The notes under the pieces are model-generated. The model was not told the origin of the DNA, made no database searches, and was given only the letters and a program-made list of their open reading frames with translations. From contig NC_043006.1 of the NCBI RefSeq assembly GCF_006345805.1, positions 4,464,001 to 4,528,000 of the forward strand: a DNA stretch of 64,000 nt. Direction: 5' to 3'. The position numbers and the translations under genes were made by a program. Shown piece after piece: positions 39,034 to 50,567 of the stretch (position 1 is its first letter; each line of letters starts with the position of its first letter). Source of the stretch: Octopus sinensis (Eukaryota).

Positions 39034-40695
39034 AATCAGCACAGTGTGTGTGTGTAATAAATAAAAAATATTTATCCTAGACATTACTGTGACAAGATTT
39101 CTTGATCTACCATGGCTCAAGATGTCCATAAATATAGATTCAGCATTCAGGACACTCCAGAGGTGAAAATGTAGAGGTGCTGATGGTCATTCTTTATTAA
39201 ATAGCGACAACAGGGAATCAATCTACAGTGGAGAAGGCTAGCCACTGGATTTGGCTAAAAAGAGATGATGAGCGATGGCTAGAGGTATATTGAGTTCTTC
39301 ATAACCAGCTGATCTAGCAAGCGGGGCATCATATCAGTGAGGGGGGCCGGTGCGCATTGATGCCGTCGAGAGGTAGGCCCCGAAACAGCGCGCATTCTCT
39401 CCTGATGACCCCATACACTTGTTAGCTTCCGGTATACGGAGGTTTTAACTGGTAGCACTTGCATGTGCAAGTTGTTTGCAAGACATGAATAATTTTACTA
39501 GAAGCCTACAACCTCCAAGCAACTTTTCTTAATCATTCCCTAAACATTCCTTATTTTGGAGATTGTTTCTGTTTTAAATCTCCATTTTCTGCTGTTCCTT
39601 TTGATCCTGACAGGTCCTTATTACAACTAGCAGAAGACTGGGAAGTGGTTGCATTGCTAAAGAAAAACCTAAGTACAATAAACATTATCAATAATTTTTG
39701 GCCCATTACCCTGCTGGATGCAGAGTCTTAGATGTTGGCTATGGTACAAGCAAAGGCCCACATTGACTTTTTCAAGTTTCGTAGGTGGGAGTTGGTGGGT
39801 GAGGGCTCAGCCCTTTTATAAATCTGCTGAAAGGTGATTGTGAGTGTCAACACAGAATGAAAATGCCTACCCACATCATGTATCTACAGGCTGAAGAATA
39901 TATCTGAAAGAAGGGCACTAATTCTTGGTAGTCAGGATAATCCTGAATTCATGGATTTCCTTCATTAATCTAAGTTGATGATCCTCAACTGGACACTTTA
40001 TGCATTCTCTCAATTTTCATTTTAACCAATTTTTATGTAAAACCTCCACATTTTTTGTTACTTCTGCAATGTCCCCTTATCCATCCTCGTAGTGGGGAGA
40101 TTTGTTTTGAGATATTCTTCTAGCCATCATCATCGTTTAACACTCGCTCTCCATGCTGGCATGGGTTGGACAGTTTGACATGGAGCTGGCTAGCAGAGAG
40201 CTGTCCAGGCTTCAACTGTCTGTTGTGGCATGGTTTTTATGGCTAGATACCCTTTCTAATGTCAACCACTTCACAGAGTATGCTGGGTGCTTTTTATATG
40301 TCACCGGCACGGGTGTGTTAATGCAGCAGGAGTGCTTTATAAGTGGAAGACAGCAATTTTGTTTAGCTTGACGTGTCTTATCAAGTCCAGCAATTTGCCA
40401 TATCTTCTGGTCCCTTATAAACTTAAGAAGATTGCTTTCTTTCCACAAACTATAAGTCCTGTTGTGAACTAAATAAACGACAATGACAACGGCAGCAACC
40501 AGTGGCTGGCATTTATTTGGTGCAGAGGGGAATGAGATCAAAAGGAATCCTGAAGAACTGTTAAATAACAATGAAACCTTCACTTCAATCTTCAAATTGG
40601 CCCTTTGACGTGAATTGAATTTTAAAATGAGTCAAAAAAATATATTCATAACTGATGCTCTATAGGTACCCTAACAATGAATGTGTGTGAGGTGA

Positions 40696-40925
40696 AGGCG
40701 GCAAGCTGGCAGAACTGTTAGCATGCCGGGCGAAATGCATAGCTGTATTTCGTCTGCCGTTATGTTTCTGAGCTCAAATTCCGCCGAGGTCGACTTTGCC
40801 TTTCATCCTTTCAGGATCGATAAATTAAGTATCAGTTACGCACTGGGGTCAATGTAATCGACTTAATCCCTTTGTCTGTCTTTGTTTGTTCCCTCTGTGT
40901 TTAGCCCCTTGTGGGTAGTAAAGAA
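40696..40925 (+). mobile_element. tRNA-derived SINE family B (ggcggcgagctggcagaa... head)
   Basis: gagctcaaattccgccgaggtcgactttgcctttcatcc core. Other copies (approximate): 14957-15165(+), 18968-19170(+), 19863-20280(-, internally duplicated), 20735-20935(-), 21497-21730(-), 27880-28050(-), 28440-28650(-), 45733-45942(-), 51610-51800(+). Confidence 0.8.
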
Positions 40926-41000
40926 ACAAATAAATGTGTGTGAGAGGAGGAGAGGAGAGAGAGAGAGATGAAGTGTAAAACCTTTTATGATATCACTTAC

Positions 41001-41161
41001 TTGGAAATGGTCTGGTAAAGGCCCAAATGGAAAACTAACATTCAGTTTTGCAACATCTTCCCTTCTTTGAAGATCAAGCAACGGGTTCCAGGCGACTGCT
41101 GGAAAGCCTGGAGGATAATTGTGGTCTTTCGGTAGTTTTATTTCAGGAAAAGGGTAGAGAT
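41001..41161 (-). CDS. IDS: Iduronate 2-sulfatase, coding exon 6
   Basis: tgtag|DLYPFPEIKLP...AVAWNPLLDLQRREDVAKLNVSFPFGPLPDHFQ|gtaagt; 161 nt. Confidence 0.93.
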
Positions 41162-42017
41162 CTACAAAGAATTTGAGATTTTGCTTTATGTTTGGCCTCT
41201 GAAAAAAATATGTGCATTGTCTTTGAAAGAAAGTTTCATCTAGCTGTATTGCTGTTGTTTAACTTACAGTTTTATGCATTGGGGTCAGGTTTCAAATACT
41301 CTCCCCCTTTACTCTTTACTTCCATCTGTCTGAGAGGTTTTTTGTATAACCCTTCTTCATTTAAGTAAATCATAAGAAAATAAAACATTCAACTTGTGAT
41401 CTTGAAGTCTTTGTTTAAGCTATAAGGCATACAAAGTTACATTATTCTGGGTGAATATGTGTCTTAACCTTTTTGAAGATGATAGAGTATCCGTTGATGG
41501 TGTTTTAGCTGTTATTTCTAGCAGGTCATATGACCATGCAGAGTACCCTTACTTGGTTCATGTCTTTGAGTTGTTAAGAGTGTTGGTCATCATTTGATCA
41601 TGGCAAATATTTCTAATTAGAATCACACCACCAGGCAACTGAGAAACCAGCAGTTTGAATTCTGCGATGTGACTAGGGCCAAGCACCTCGTCTCTAATCG
41701 ACTCATCTATCTAGCTTTAAAAATAGACACCATACGAGGGGTAGTATAGCAATAAAGCATTACCATAAAACTGTTGAGGGAATCTGTTGGCTCTAATGAA
41801 AGCACCACCATCAAACATCAATAAATTCAACAAAGACCAATGGATATTATTATGATTGCTTATATACAATAATGCCATTCAAATGCAAAAGAACCTTTAA
41901 CGCTCATCCAGACATCCAATTATTCTCTTCCCATAAGAACATAACATCTTCAGTATCAAGAATGATTAACAAGAGACAATAGAGTGTTAGCAAAATCAGA
42001 AAGGAATTTGTACTTAC

Positions 42018-42234
42018 CAAGGTAACTTTTGGGGTATTTCAGGGGTATGTGAGGTTTGTGGTAACCAACAGCTAAGAAGAATGGCTGCTTGCTTTTATTC
42101 AGGGCTCTTTCTTTCAGGAACCGTACTGCATATTCCGTACTTTGTATATCAGGCAGACTGTGTTCAGGTTGTGAATTGACATCTACAGGGCATACAATAT
42201 TCATATGAAGTTTCCCATCTGCTCCAGGACACAC
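42018..42234 (-). CDS. IDS: Iduronate 2-sulfatase, coding exon 5
   Basis: ttcag|VCPGADGKLHMNIVCPVDV...PFFLAVGYHKPHIPLKYPKSYL|gtaagt; 217 nt. Confidence 0.95.
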
Positions 42235-42810
42235 CTGAAATAGAAACTATTTTCTATTAGAGCCAATAAGGGAGCCACTCAGCCTCCTAAAAATAACAGT
42301 TAAATTTCAGTCAACTCATATTCCAGCATCTTAAAAAAAGGACAATATTGATAATAGTGTCCTTGATACTTCTAGTAATGTGGAATTGTCATAGTTGGAA
42401 AGTCTTTGATCAAAAGGCAGCTCAGTCAGGGAAATGTTTTGGCACTAAACAACAACAATTTGGTGTTATAGAATTGAAGATAAATCTTCCATTCTCAATT
42501 TCAGAAATTTGTCAAAGATCTTTATGGCAATTATTACGATTGGAGGAGGGAACTTTTTTGTTTTTCGTTAACCTATATTTAAAAGAGTACTTGTGTGTGT
42601 GTGTGTGTGCATGCATCAGTGTGCATGTGTGTGTTATTAGTCAGAGGTAAAAGTGCAATGACCTTGACCTTCTGCAGATCTTCCTGGACTGATATGATTA
42701 ATGAGATTGATTCAGTTGGTAAATCAACACCTGCAGAATTTGAGTTCTAAGATGGAAAGTGGACATAAAACAACAATGATGATAAGATGTTACCATGTAT
42801 TTTTTTCTCT

Positions 42811-43208
42811 TTTTCTCTTTTTACTTGTTTCAATCATTTTGACTGTGGCCATGCTGGAGCACCGCCTTTAATCAAGCAACTTGACCCTGGGACTTATTCT
42901 TTGTAAGCCCAGTACTTATTCTATCGGGCTCTCTTGCTGAACCGCTAAGTTACGGGGACGTAAACACACCAGCATTGGTTGTCAAGCGATGTTGGGGGGA
43001 CAAACACAGACACAAACATACACACACACATATATATATATATACGACGGGCTTCTTTCAGTTTCCGTCTACCAAATCCACTCACAAGACTTTGGTCAGC
43101 CTGAGGCTATAGTAGGAGACACTTGCCCAAGGTGCCACGCAGTGGGACTGAACCCGGAACCATGTGGTTAGTAAACAAGCTACTTACCACACAGTCACTC
43201 CTGCGCCT
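42811..43208 (-). mobile_element. SINE family A, full length
   Basis: Reverse complement of the 13151 copy; lies in IDS intron 4. Confidence 0.85.
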
Positions 43209-43513
43209 ATTGGGGAGAATTCACAAAAAAACAAAAGATGAAGACAGGTAGTGTAGGCAACAAACAGATGTAGTTGTTTAATGCTTGGGAAGTGATAAAG
43301 TCTTTAACGTTTCGAAACTACGCTCTTCCACAGAAAGGAACAAGGAGAGAAAATAAAGAATGTGTAGTGGCTAGCACTCCTCAGATCCTACAGTTTCACT
43401 TATAATTTTTTCCCACAGACCAATCATTATTTTCCTCAAATCCCACTCATTTCAGTTGCATTTAAGTCATTTTAATCAATCCAGAAGAAACTATTTTAAA
43501 ATGCTTACTTTAC

Positions 43514-43602
43514 CTTGGCCATCTTATATTTCTCTGTTGGTGGATGGTATGGGGGTATGCTCCAGCTGTATGGGTAGTCATCTGTAAAACCTGATGCACG
43601 TC
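43514..43602 (-). CDS. IDS: Iduronate 2-sulfatase, coding exon 4
   Basis: ttttag|[30 protein letters not shown]|gtaaag; 89 nt. Confidence 0.93.
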
Positions 43603-43734
43603 CTAAAATTGACATTGAGAAAAGACATGCATTAGTGCTCCCTGATGACCCTTTAGTATTCAGATTACTCCATCAAATGTAAGACTTATTTACACTGTTT
43701 TAAATTGCTAAAATTGCCAAGAAGGCTGAAGGTG

Positions 43735-44375
43735 TCTTGGCATCACTTATCAAGTCCTTTGTGAGCCGCTCTCTGGCTATATATAGCTATGGTATGACCT
43801 CACCTGGAATTGGCATCACCAATCTGGAACCCCTATCTTGCCCAGGATATTAATTGCCGTTCGGCGATGTGCAACCAAGAGAATACCATCCATCAGGCAT
43901 TTGCCATATTCTGAATGCCTTACTTCCCTGGGCATGGATACATTGAAACTCCGATGTCTGGCAACTGACTTGGCAGACACCCATAAAATTATTAACCATC
44001 TTACAAACAATAACTCAGAGCACCTTTTCAAACTCCATCTGTCCAACACCCATGGACATGTTTACAAAGTCAGAAAACAGCACAGCTCCCATGACTTTTG
44101 GAAACATTTTTTTCACGCTAAGTGTTGCTGAAGCATGGAACAAACTGCCAGCATCAGTTGTTAGTTGTCTGAGCACTGCATCCTTCAAAACTTCCATGCT
44201 TCCTGAGATTCGCCAACACTACACCTGATTTTCTCCCCTCCATACACACATAAGCATGTATCTGACTCATACACTGTTCACTTCCCAGACATTTGTACAT
44301 TACTGCATATGCTTTATACACACTTTTGACAAGTTGTGGTGCACCTGAGCACTGTATACAATAATTTCATTATTA
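43735..44375 (+). mobile_element. CR1-like LINE 3' end
   Basis: VRRCATKRIPSIRHLPYSECLTSLG...GHVYKVRK; same family as the 30670 copy. Confidence 0.8.
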
Positions 44376-44535
44376 AATTAATCATGCATTATCATAGCTT
44401 TGAGATTTCAATAATGTTATTCTTTAATTTTTAGAAGGATGTTGTAGGGTAGGTGTGAGAGGTCAGATCTGATCAATGGTTAGCAGTAGACATACATAAT
44501 AAGATTATAATAATCATCCCTTGGAAATAACATAC

Positions 44536-44713
44536 CTGGGTGGAATACTTTTCCTACTGAAACTGTGAAGTAACCATTGTCCTTGAAATATTGGGGTAAA
44601 GTGGTGAAGTTTCCAGCTGCTTTCCTCCAATAAGATCCAAAATTATACAATCTGGTTGTATCTGGGCGACGACTCGTTAAGAAAGATGTTCTGCTTGGAC
44701 CACAGACAGCCTG
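44536..44713 (-). CDS. IDS: Iduronate 2-sulfatase, coding exon 3 (catalytic)
   Basis: [23 protein letters not shown]...GKVFHP|gtatg; sulfatase formylglycine motif C-x-P-x-R; 178 nt. Confidence 0.96.
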
Positions 44714-44900
44714 CTACTCAACGGAGAAGATTTATATTGAACTTATAAGCAATACAATTAATTCTTTTAACTTTATCATTTAAGATGGAAGTTTTAATAT
44801 TTACATCTAAACACAGTACTGTACATATAAATATTAACACATGTTCTTTCATGAGCAAATACAAGGTAAATAGTCCCCAAAAATTATAATTGTATTAACA

Positions 44901-45305
44901 GGTGCAGGAGTGACTGTGTGGTTAAGTAGCTTGCTTACCAACCACATGGTTCCAGGTTCAGTCCCACTGCATGGCACCTTGGGCAAGTGTCTTCTACTAT
45001 AGCCTCGGGTCGACCAAAGCCTTGTGAGTGAATTTGGTAGACAGAAACTGAAAGAAGCCTGTCATATATATGTATACATATATATATGTGTGTATGTGTG
45101 TGTATATGTTTGTCTCCCCAGCATCGCTTGACAACCGATGCTGGTGTGTTTACGTCCCCGTCACTTAGCGGTTTGGCAAAGAGACTGATAGAATATGTAC
45201 TAGGCTTACAAAGAATAAGTCCTGGGGTCGATTTGCTCGACTAAAGGCGGTGCTCCATCATGGCCACAGTCAAATGACTGAGACAAGTAAAAGAGTAAAG
45301 AGTAA
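44901..45305 (+). mobile_element. SINE family A, full length
   Basis: Same sequence as the 13151 copy; lies in IDS intron 2. Confidence 0.85.
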
Positions 45306-46127
45306 CAAGAAGCCATCTAAGACATGTAACTAATATGTAAAGCAACTTTAAATATGTAATTAATTTGTGAAATAATTTGAAAACTGACTAAAGGAGTTAC
45401 TTCTCTTGGCCTACATCATTTCTTTATGTTTTGAGTACAATCCTCATTTGATTAATTGATTAAGATTCTTCTCAATCTATTTTGTCTTAAGTCAGTACTA
45501 ATTATTTCATTGGGGACTAGATTTCTAGATGATAACAGTAAAGGCTAATCAAAAAAAGAAATAAGTAAATAAATAACATGAAAAATAAAAAGATATGCAC
45601 ACACACACATATATATATATATATATTGATATATATCATACCTGGGAACTCCTCAGTGAAAATCTTTGAAATAATCTAAAACATTAATGACAGCACCACA
45701 TGTGATTGTGAAACTAAGGTACTGGAAGAGCTTCAAATTTTAGCACAAGGCTAGCAATTCCAGGCAAATGGGGAAGTCATTTACATCAACCCTAGTATTC
45801 AACTGGTACTTATTTTACTGATTGCAAAAGGATGAAGGGCAAAGTTGATTTTGGCAGAATTTGAACTCAGAACATAAAAACTGATGAAATACCATTATGC
45901 ATTTTTGCTGGCATGCTAACAATACTGCTAGCTTGCCACCATTTATTGCAAACATCATTAGCTTCACATTTACATAATTCTTTGATGAAACATCTGTTGT
46001 TGACAAAATCACGGACCTTAGAATGTCTATGTGAAATTTTAATGAAAAAAAATATCCCCTGATTAGGTAATTTAAAATACTATCTGTAATTCAACATTAA
46101 TGATCAAAATACAAACAAAGATCTTAC

Positions 46128-46267
46128 TTGGACATAAGTTCGCTCAAATTTTATTGATTTTGAAGCCAGCTGATCAATATTTGGTGTTATGACCACTGGG
46201 TTTCCATAACAACCGAGTGTAGGTCGAAGGTCATCAACAACAATGAACAGCACATTCTTTCTGTGTT
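46128..46267 (-). CDS. IDS: Iduronate 2-sulfatase, coding exon 2
   Basis: tgcag|[22 protein letters not shown]...TPNIDQLA...YVQ|gtaag; 140 nt. Confidence 0.95.
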
Positions 46268-46359
46268 CTGCAAAAAAAAAAAAATTGTCATCATTATAAT
46301 TTTAACAGTTAAGGACGAAGATAGAAGCAACCAGTTTGTTTACAATCACTCAAGATACT

Positions 46360-46793
46360 CTACCCTAAAGTCCAACCTCTCCTCAAAGCGGTAGGGTGGT
46401 GTGAACGGGCAGTGTCAGAGCTATGCCATCGGGAACTTCGGTTCCTGGTAGGGCCACCGAAGGCGGATTGGTCAGGCACCGAGCGGTATTTGGGCTACAG
46501 CCTGGCCAACGGGGCTCTGGTGAAAATTCCAAGAGGTGTCTGATCAGCAACCGGCAGCCTCGAGGTCATTCTATCCCTGCGTCTGTGGAGACTCCGTGGC
46601 AAACAGGGCATCACTCGGGATATGCATGCGGTATGTCGGGGACCGTTTGTGAATTAAATATTTCCATGAAACTTCTTCTATGAATCCTACTACTACCATG
46701 GCAATAGCCGCCATGGTTCATGACGCCATCAGGACCAGAGAAGAAGCCGGTTCAACCTGCCCTGGGTGAGCGCCGTCACAAGTACAAGTAAGT
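46360..46793 (+). mobile_element. Young non-LTR retroposon with 12-bp TSD and (CAAGTA)n tail
   Basis: ACTCAAGATACT at 46348-46359 and 46794-46805; tail acaagtacaagtaagt; GC-rich with CpGs intact. Confidence 0.8.
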
Positions 46794-48706
46794 ACTCAAG
46801 ATACTAAGCTAAAGGAATACAAGATTACCAATTAAAATACAAACAAAATTAGGCACAATTGATGGTGGCTTGATAATAATTCCTGGTGTATCATTAACCC
46901 TTTAATGTTTAAACCGGCCATACCAGGCCAAAATTGTCTTCCTGTTTTATGCTCAAACTAAGCCAGCTCTGACCTCTCGCACCTACCCTACAAAGTCATT
47001 CTAAAAATAAACAGGGTCATCATCAAAATCCCAGAGTTACAAGATGCTGTACAATTAATTTAAAACAATGTAATTAAACAGGCTTTACATTTGACAGATT
47101 AATCTGAATGCTAAAGCGTTTAATTAAATTAAATTAAAGGCCAATCAAAACTTGTGTGCCCATTATCTCCATTTTATGAGGTTGGGAAAAAAATAATAAA
47201 GACTCTTACCCTGGCTGGGTTACTTCACAACAGAAGCTGTAAAACATTTTATATAAAACTAATCAGGGACGAAAATAGAACCAACTGGTTTTGATGTTCT
47301 TACCTTTCATTAGCGCTGATGAAAGGTTGATGATCAGGGTTGATGAAATATCTTTTAAATCACAACCAAAATCCTAGTCTTAGGGGTACATTAAGGAATG
47401 TAGCCTCGGATATACAAAAATACAAGACTGTCATGGTTGGGAGACATTTAATTGCAGTTCTGCTCAAGCACGGGGTCAAACAGCAACCCTTTCTAAAACC
47501 CCTGTCTCTAATATCTAATCAAAATTCCCTTATATAAATGCACCAAACACACATAAGCATCAATATACAGCAATTATTTCCCTTTAAACACATCGTGGGT
47601 GATAAATCTAGCAAGCTGCTCAGACTAACACTAAGCCACCTGGCCTTTAGCAGAGTTCAGCCTGTTGCAGCCATTGAGACCAGATCACAAATTCTCTTTC
47701 AGGAAGAATCTGAGCAGCTGTTCAGGTTAGATATCAGCTGCATTAATCTCACCAGTCCCAGGGGGCTTGCACTGTCCCCACTTTCATGAATAGTTTAAAA
47801 ATAATAATAATAAAAAGTCAAACTAAAATACGACAGTTGAAACAAAATAACAGGTACAACATCAACTATTTCACAAATGGTATCATCATCATCATCATCT
47901 TCATCATCATCATTTAGCGTCCGCTTTCCATGCTAGCATGGGTTGGACGGTTCAACTGGGATCTGGGAAGCCAGGAAGCTGCACCAGGCCCAGTCTGATC
48001 TGGCAATGCTTCTACGGCTGGATGCCCTTCCTAACGCCAACCACTCCGTGAGTGTAATGGGTGCTTTTTATGTGCCACCGGCACAGGGGCCAGGCGAGGC
48101 TGGCAACGGCCATGATCGGATGGTGCTTTTTAAGGATTAATTTAATTTCTTAAATAATTATATTTTCTGTTACAATTTATTTCTACAAATAACAATTACT
48201 GTGTATCACAGTATTAGAAACTTCACAAGAACCAAGGTGGGAGCCTCTCCCTACTAGAAATAACAGCCCAAACTCCCTCTAATACACCCCCATGAAAGCT
48301 TATATTAGATAATGTGATCGTAGGTATATTACATTTCAAAAAAACAAAATGTGATGGTCACAGCTGGAAAGCCTTCTGCCCATGTCTGCTTGATTAGAGC
48401 TGATCAGAGGGTAAATAATAACAAGTTCAGCAGAATATTTTGAGGATTACTAACTTATATACACCCTCCCGCCTCCCCTTAGAATATATTTTCGTTTTTT
48501 AGAATTAATATAAAAGACTTCCTCTGAGATTAGATTCTGACACTGGAGCAACATAACAGACTTTTAAGATTTGCCAAGAGAAATTGAAATAGCTCTTTTA
48601 GTGCCAGGAAATTCAGTAACCCAATATGAAACATCAGTGTTAAATACCGAGAAGAAAGTAATCAAAGAAGTAACGTAAAATGTAAGAAGCAATTTGTTCA
48701 ACTTAC

Positions 48707-48785
48707 CAAAGTTTTGTTGGTCAAAGAAATGAAGACTGTTGACACACGGAAGAAACAGTAGGCACACGAAGAGGTTTGACAACAT
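48707..48785 (-). CDS. IDS: Iduronate 2-sulfatase, first coding exon (signal peptide)
   Basis: MLSNLFVCLLFLPCVNSLHFFDQQNF|gtaagt, hydrophobic; phase matches exon 2. An acceptor at 48813-48814 suggests an upstream non-coding exon. Total CDS 1839 nt. Confidence 0.8.
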
Positions 48786-49585
48786 AGCTGTAGGTTACAA
48801 TACGCTTGTGTCCTGAAATTGAAAGTATGACAATTTATAGTTTACATACACATTGGTAAGAAAATCATCATCATCATCATCATCGTTTAACGTCCGCTTT
48901 CCAATGCTAGCATGGGTTGGACGGTTTTGACTGAGGACTGGCGAACCAGATGGCTGCACCAGGCTCCAATCTTAATCTGGCAGTGTTTCTACAGCTGGAT
49001 GCCTTCCTAACGCCAACCACTCCGCGAGTGTAGTGGGTGCTTTTTACATGCCACCAGCACAGGTGCCAGGCGAGGCTGGCAACGGCCACGATTGGTTGGT
49101 GCTTTTTACGTGCCACTGGCATGGAAGCCAGTTGAGGTTATGTAATGTTCATGCTTTTTCTGGAGGCAATGGCAAAATAAATAATGTGAAATTATATCAA
49201 CTGAGAGAAAAACTGGGTTGCTGGCCAGATATTTCGAGCATCTCTGCAGTGATTCCTGGTGGACCAGGGGCTTTCCCTATTTTTGTTGCTTGACATGCAA
49301 TCACTCTGCACCTCTTATGTTAACTTTGTATATCTCTATCTTTCAATCTCTTCCTCTCTCTATATAAATCACAACTGAAAAACTCAACCAATCAACATTT
49401 ATATTAGCAATTATTATGCAAAGATATTATTATATAGAGATTTCTAGCAATAGATATTTGCTGTGTTATAACTAATAGACTCACATAAATGTTTAATTAA
49501 TGAGTAATTAAAACGGTTATTGTTGAAGATATTTTCTTGTTTATGTTTTACAGGTTGTATGTCAATTTTTCTTGATACCTATTAA

Positions 49586-49806
49586 CCCCTTCGTTACCGT
49601 ATTTATTTTGAGATGCTTTATGTTTCTTTCAATTACTTTAAATATAACAAAGAATCTAGTAAAATAACTTAGTTACCATTAAGCTTGTGTTAGGAACATA
49701 AATTGTGACTAAGGTTTGGTGGAAGATTTTCATTCAGAACATATGAAAACAAGACATTTGTGCTACAGTGCCAGAGGTGGTTTTAGCCAGGTTGGTATCG
49801 AAAGGG
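49586..49806. mobile_element. piggyBac-type MITE
   Basis: TTAA on both sides (49582-85, 49807-10); TIR ccccttcgttacc / ggtatcgaaaggg (11/13). A second TTAA-CCC family lies at ~46898-47118 and ~54233-54451. Confidence 0.8.
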
Positions 49807-49971
49807 TTAATCCTATTAATTTGTTTTCATTTAAAAAAATTAGTCACTGAAATAATCTTTGCATCCAAACAATTGATCAACATGTTAAATTGATGACCTG
49901 TCTTCTACCCACTAAACATTCATTCCAAAGGAAGCAAGGAACAGGTTTTGCTGTCAATGAATCATCTAAAC

Positions 49972-50567
49972 CAGCAGTTCCCAACCAGGGTCCATAAGTC
50001 CCCTGAGGATCCTATAAGATTTTTAGGGCGTCCCATGCAAGCAAAATATTATAGTATATAGGGGACCCCTCTCTCTCTTTCAGAGAGGCACAAGCACCTA
50101 CACGCACATATACACACACGGCAGTAACTTCCGCCTACCGAATTCAATCACAAAGCTTCGGTCGGCCCGGGGCTATAGCAGAAGACACTTGCTCAAAGTG
50201 CCATGTGGTGGGACTGAACCCGAAACCAAGTAGCTAGGAAGCAAGCTTCCTAACCACACAGCCATGCCCATGCCTATTTTAAGGGTTCATGAAAATAATT
50301 TGGTTCAGATGTATTTATTGCAAGTAGCAGCTAAGTTTCTTTCTCTGACGTTTTACATAATTTAACATTTTCCCAACAACTGAAACATGTTCTCTCAGAG
50401 AGTTCTACTGCAAAACCTATACAAGTGAATGGGTGATAAGCAAAATAGGGATTTTGAAAGGAGTATCTATAAAACTAACTTTTAAACATTGGATGGCCAC
50501 GGGGTCCACCAGAAGAGAATAATAATCAAAGGGGTTTACCAGTAAAAAAAATGGTTGAGAACCACTG
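49972..50567. mobile_element. hAT-type MITE with nested SINE A (~50110-50275, -)
   Basis: TIR cagcagttcccaacc / ggttgagaaccactg; 8-bp TSD atctaaac / atctcaac. Confidence 0.8.

Noticed and set aside
39323-39412. Hammerhead-like ggggcc...ggccccgaaac
   Set aside because: No CUGANGA in the correct position and no valid stem III or NUH triplet.
46360-46430. HDV-like ribozyme at the retroposon 5' end
   Set aside because: P1- and P3-like pairings exist, but there is no G1, L3 is too long, P1.1 GG is missing and no P2 partner was found.
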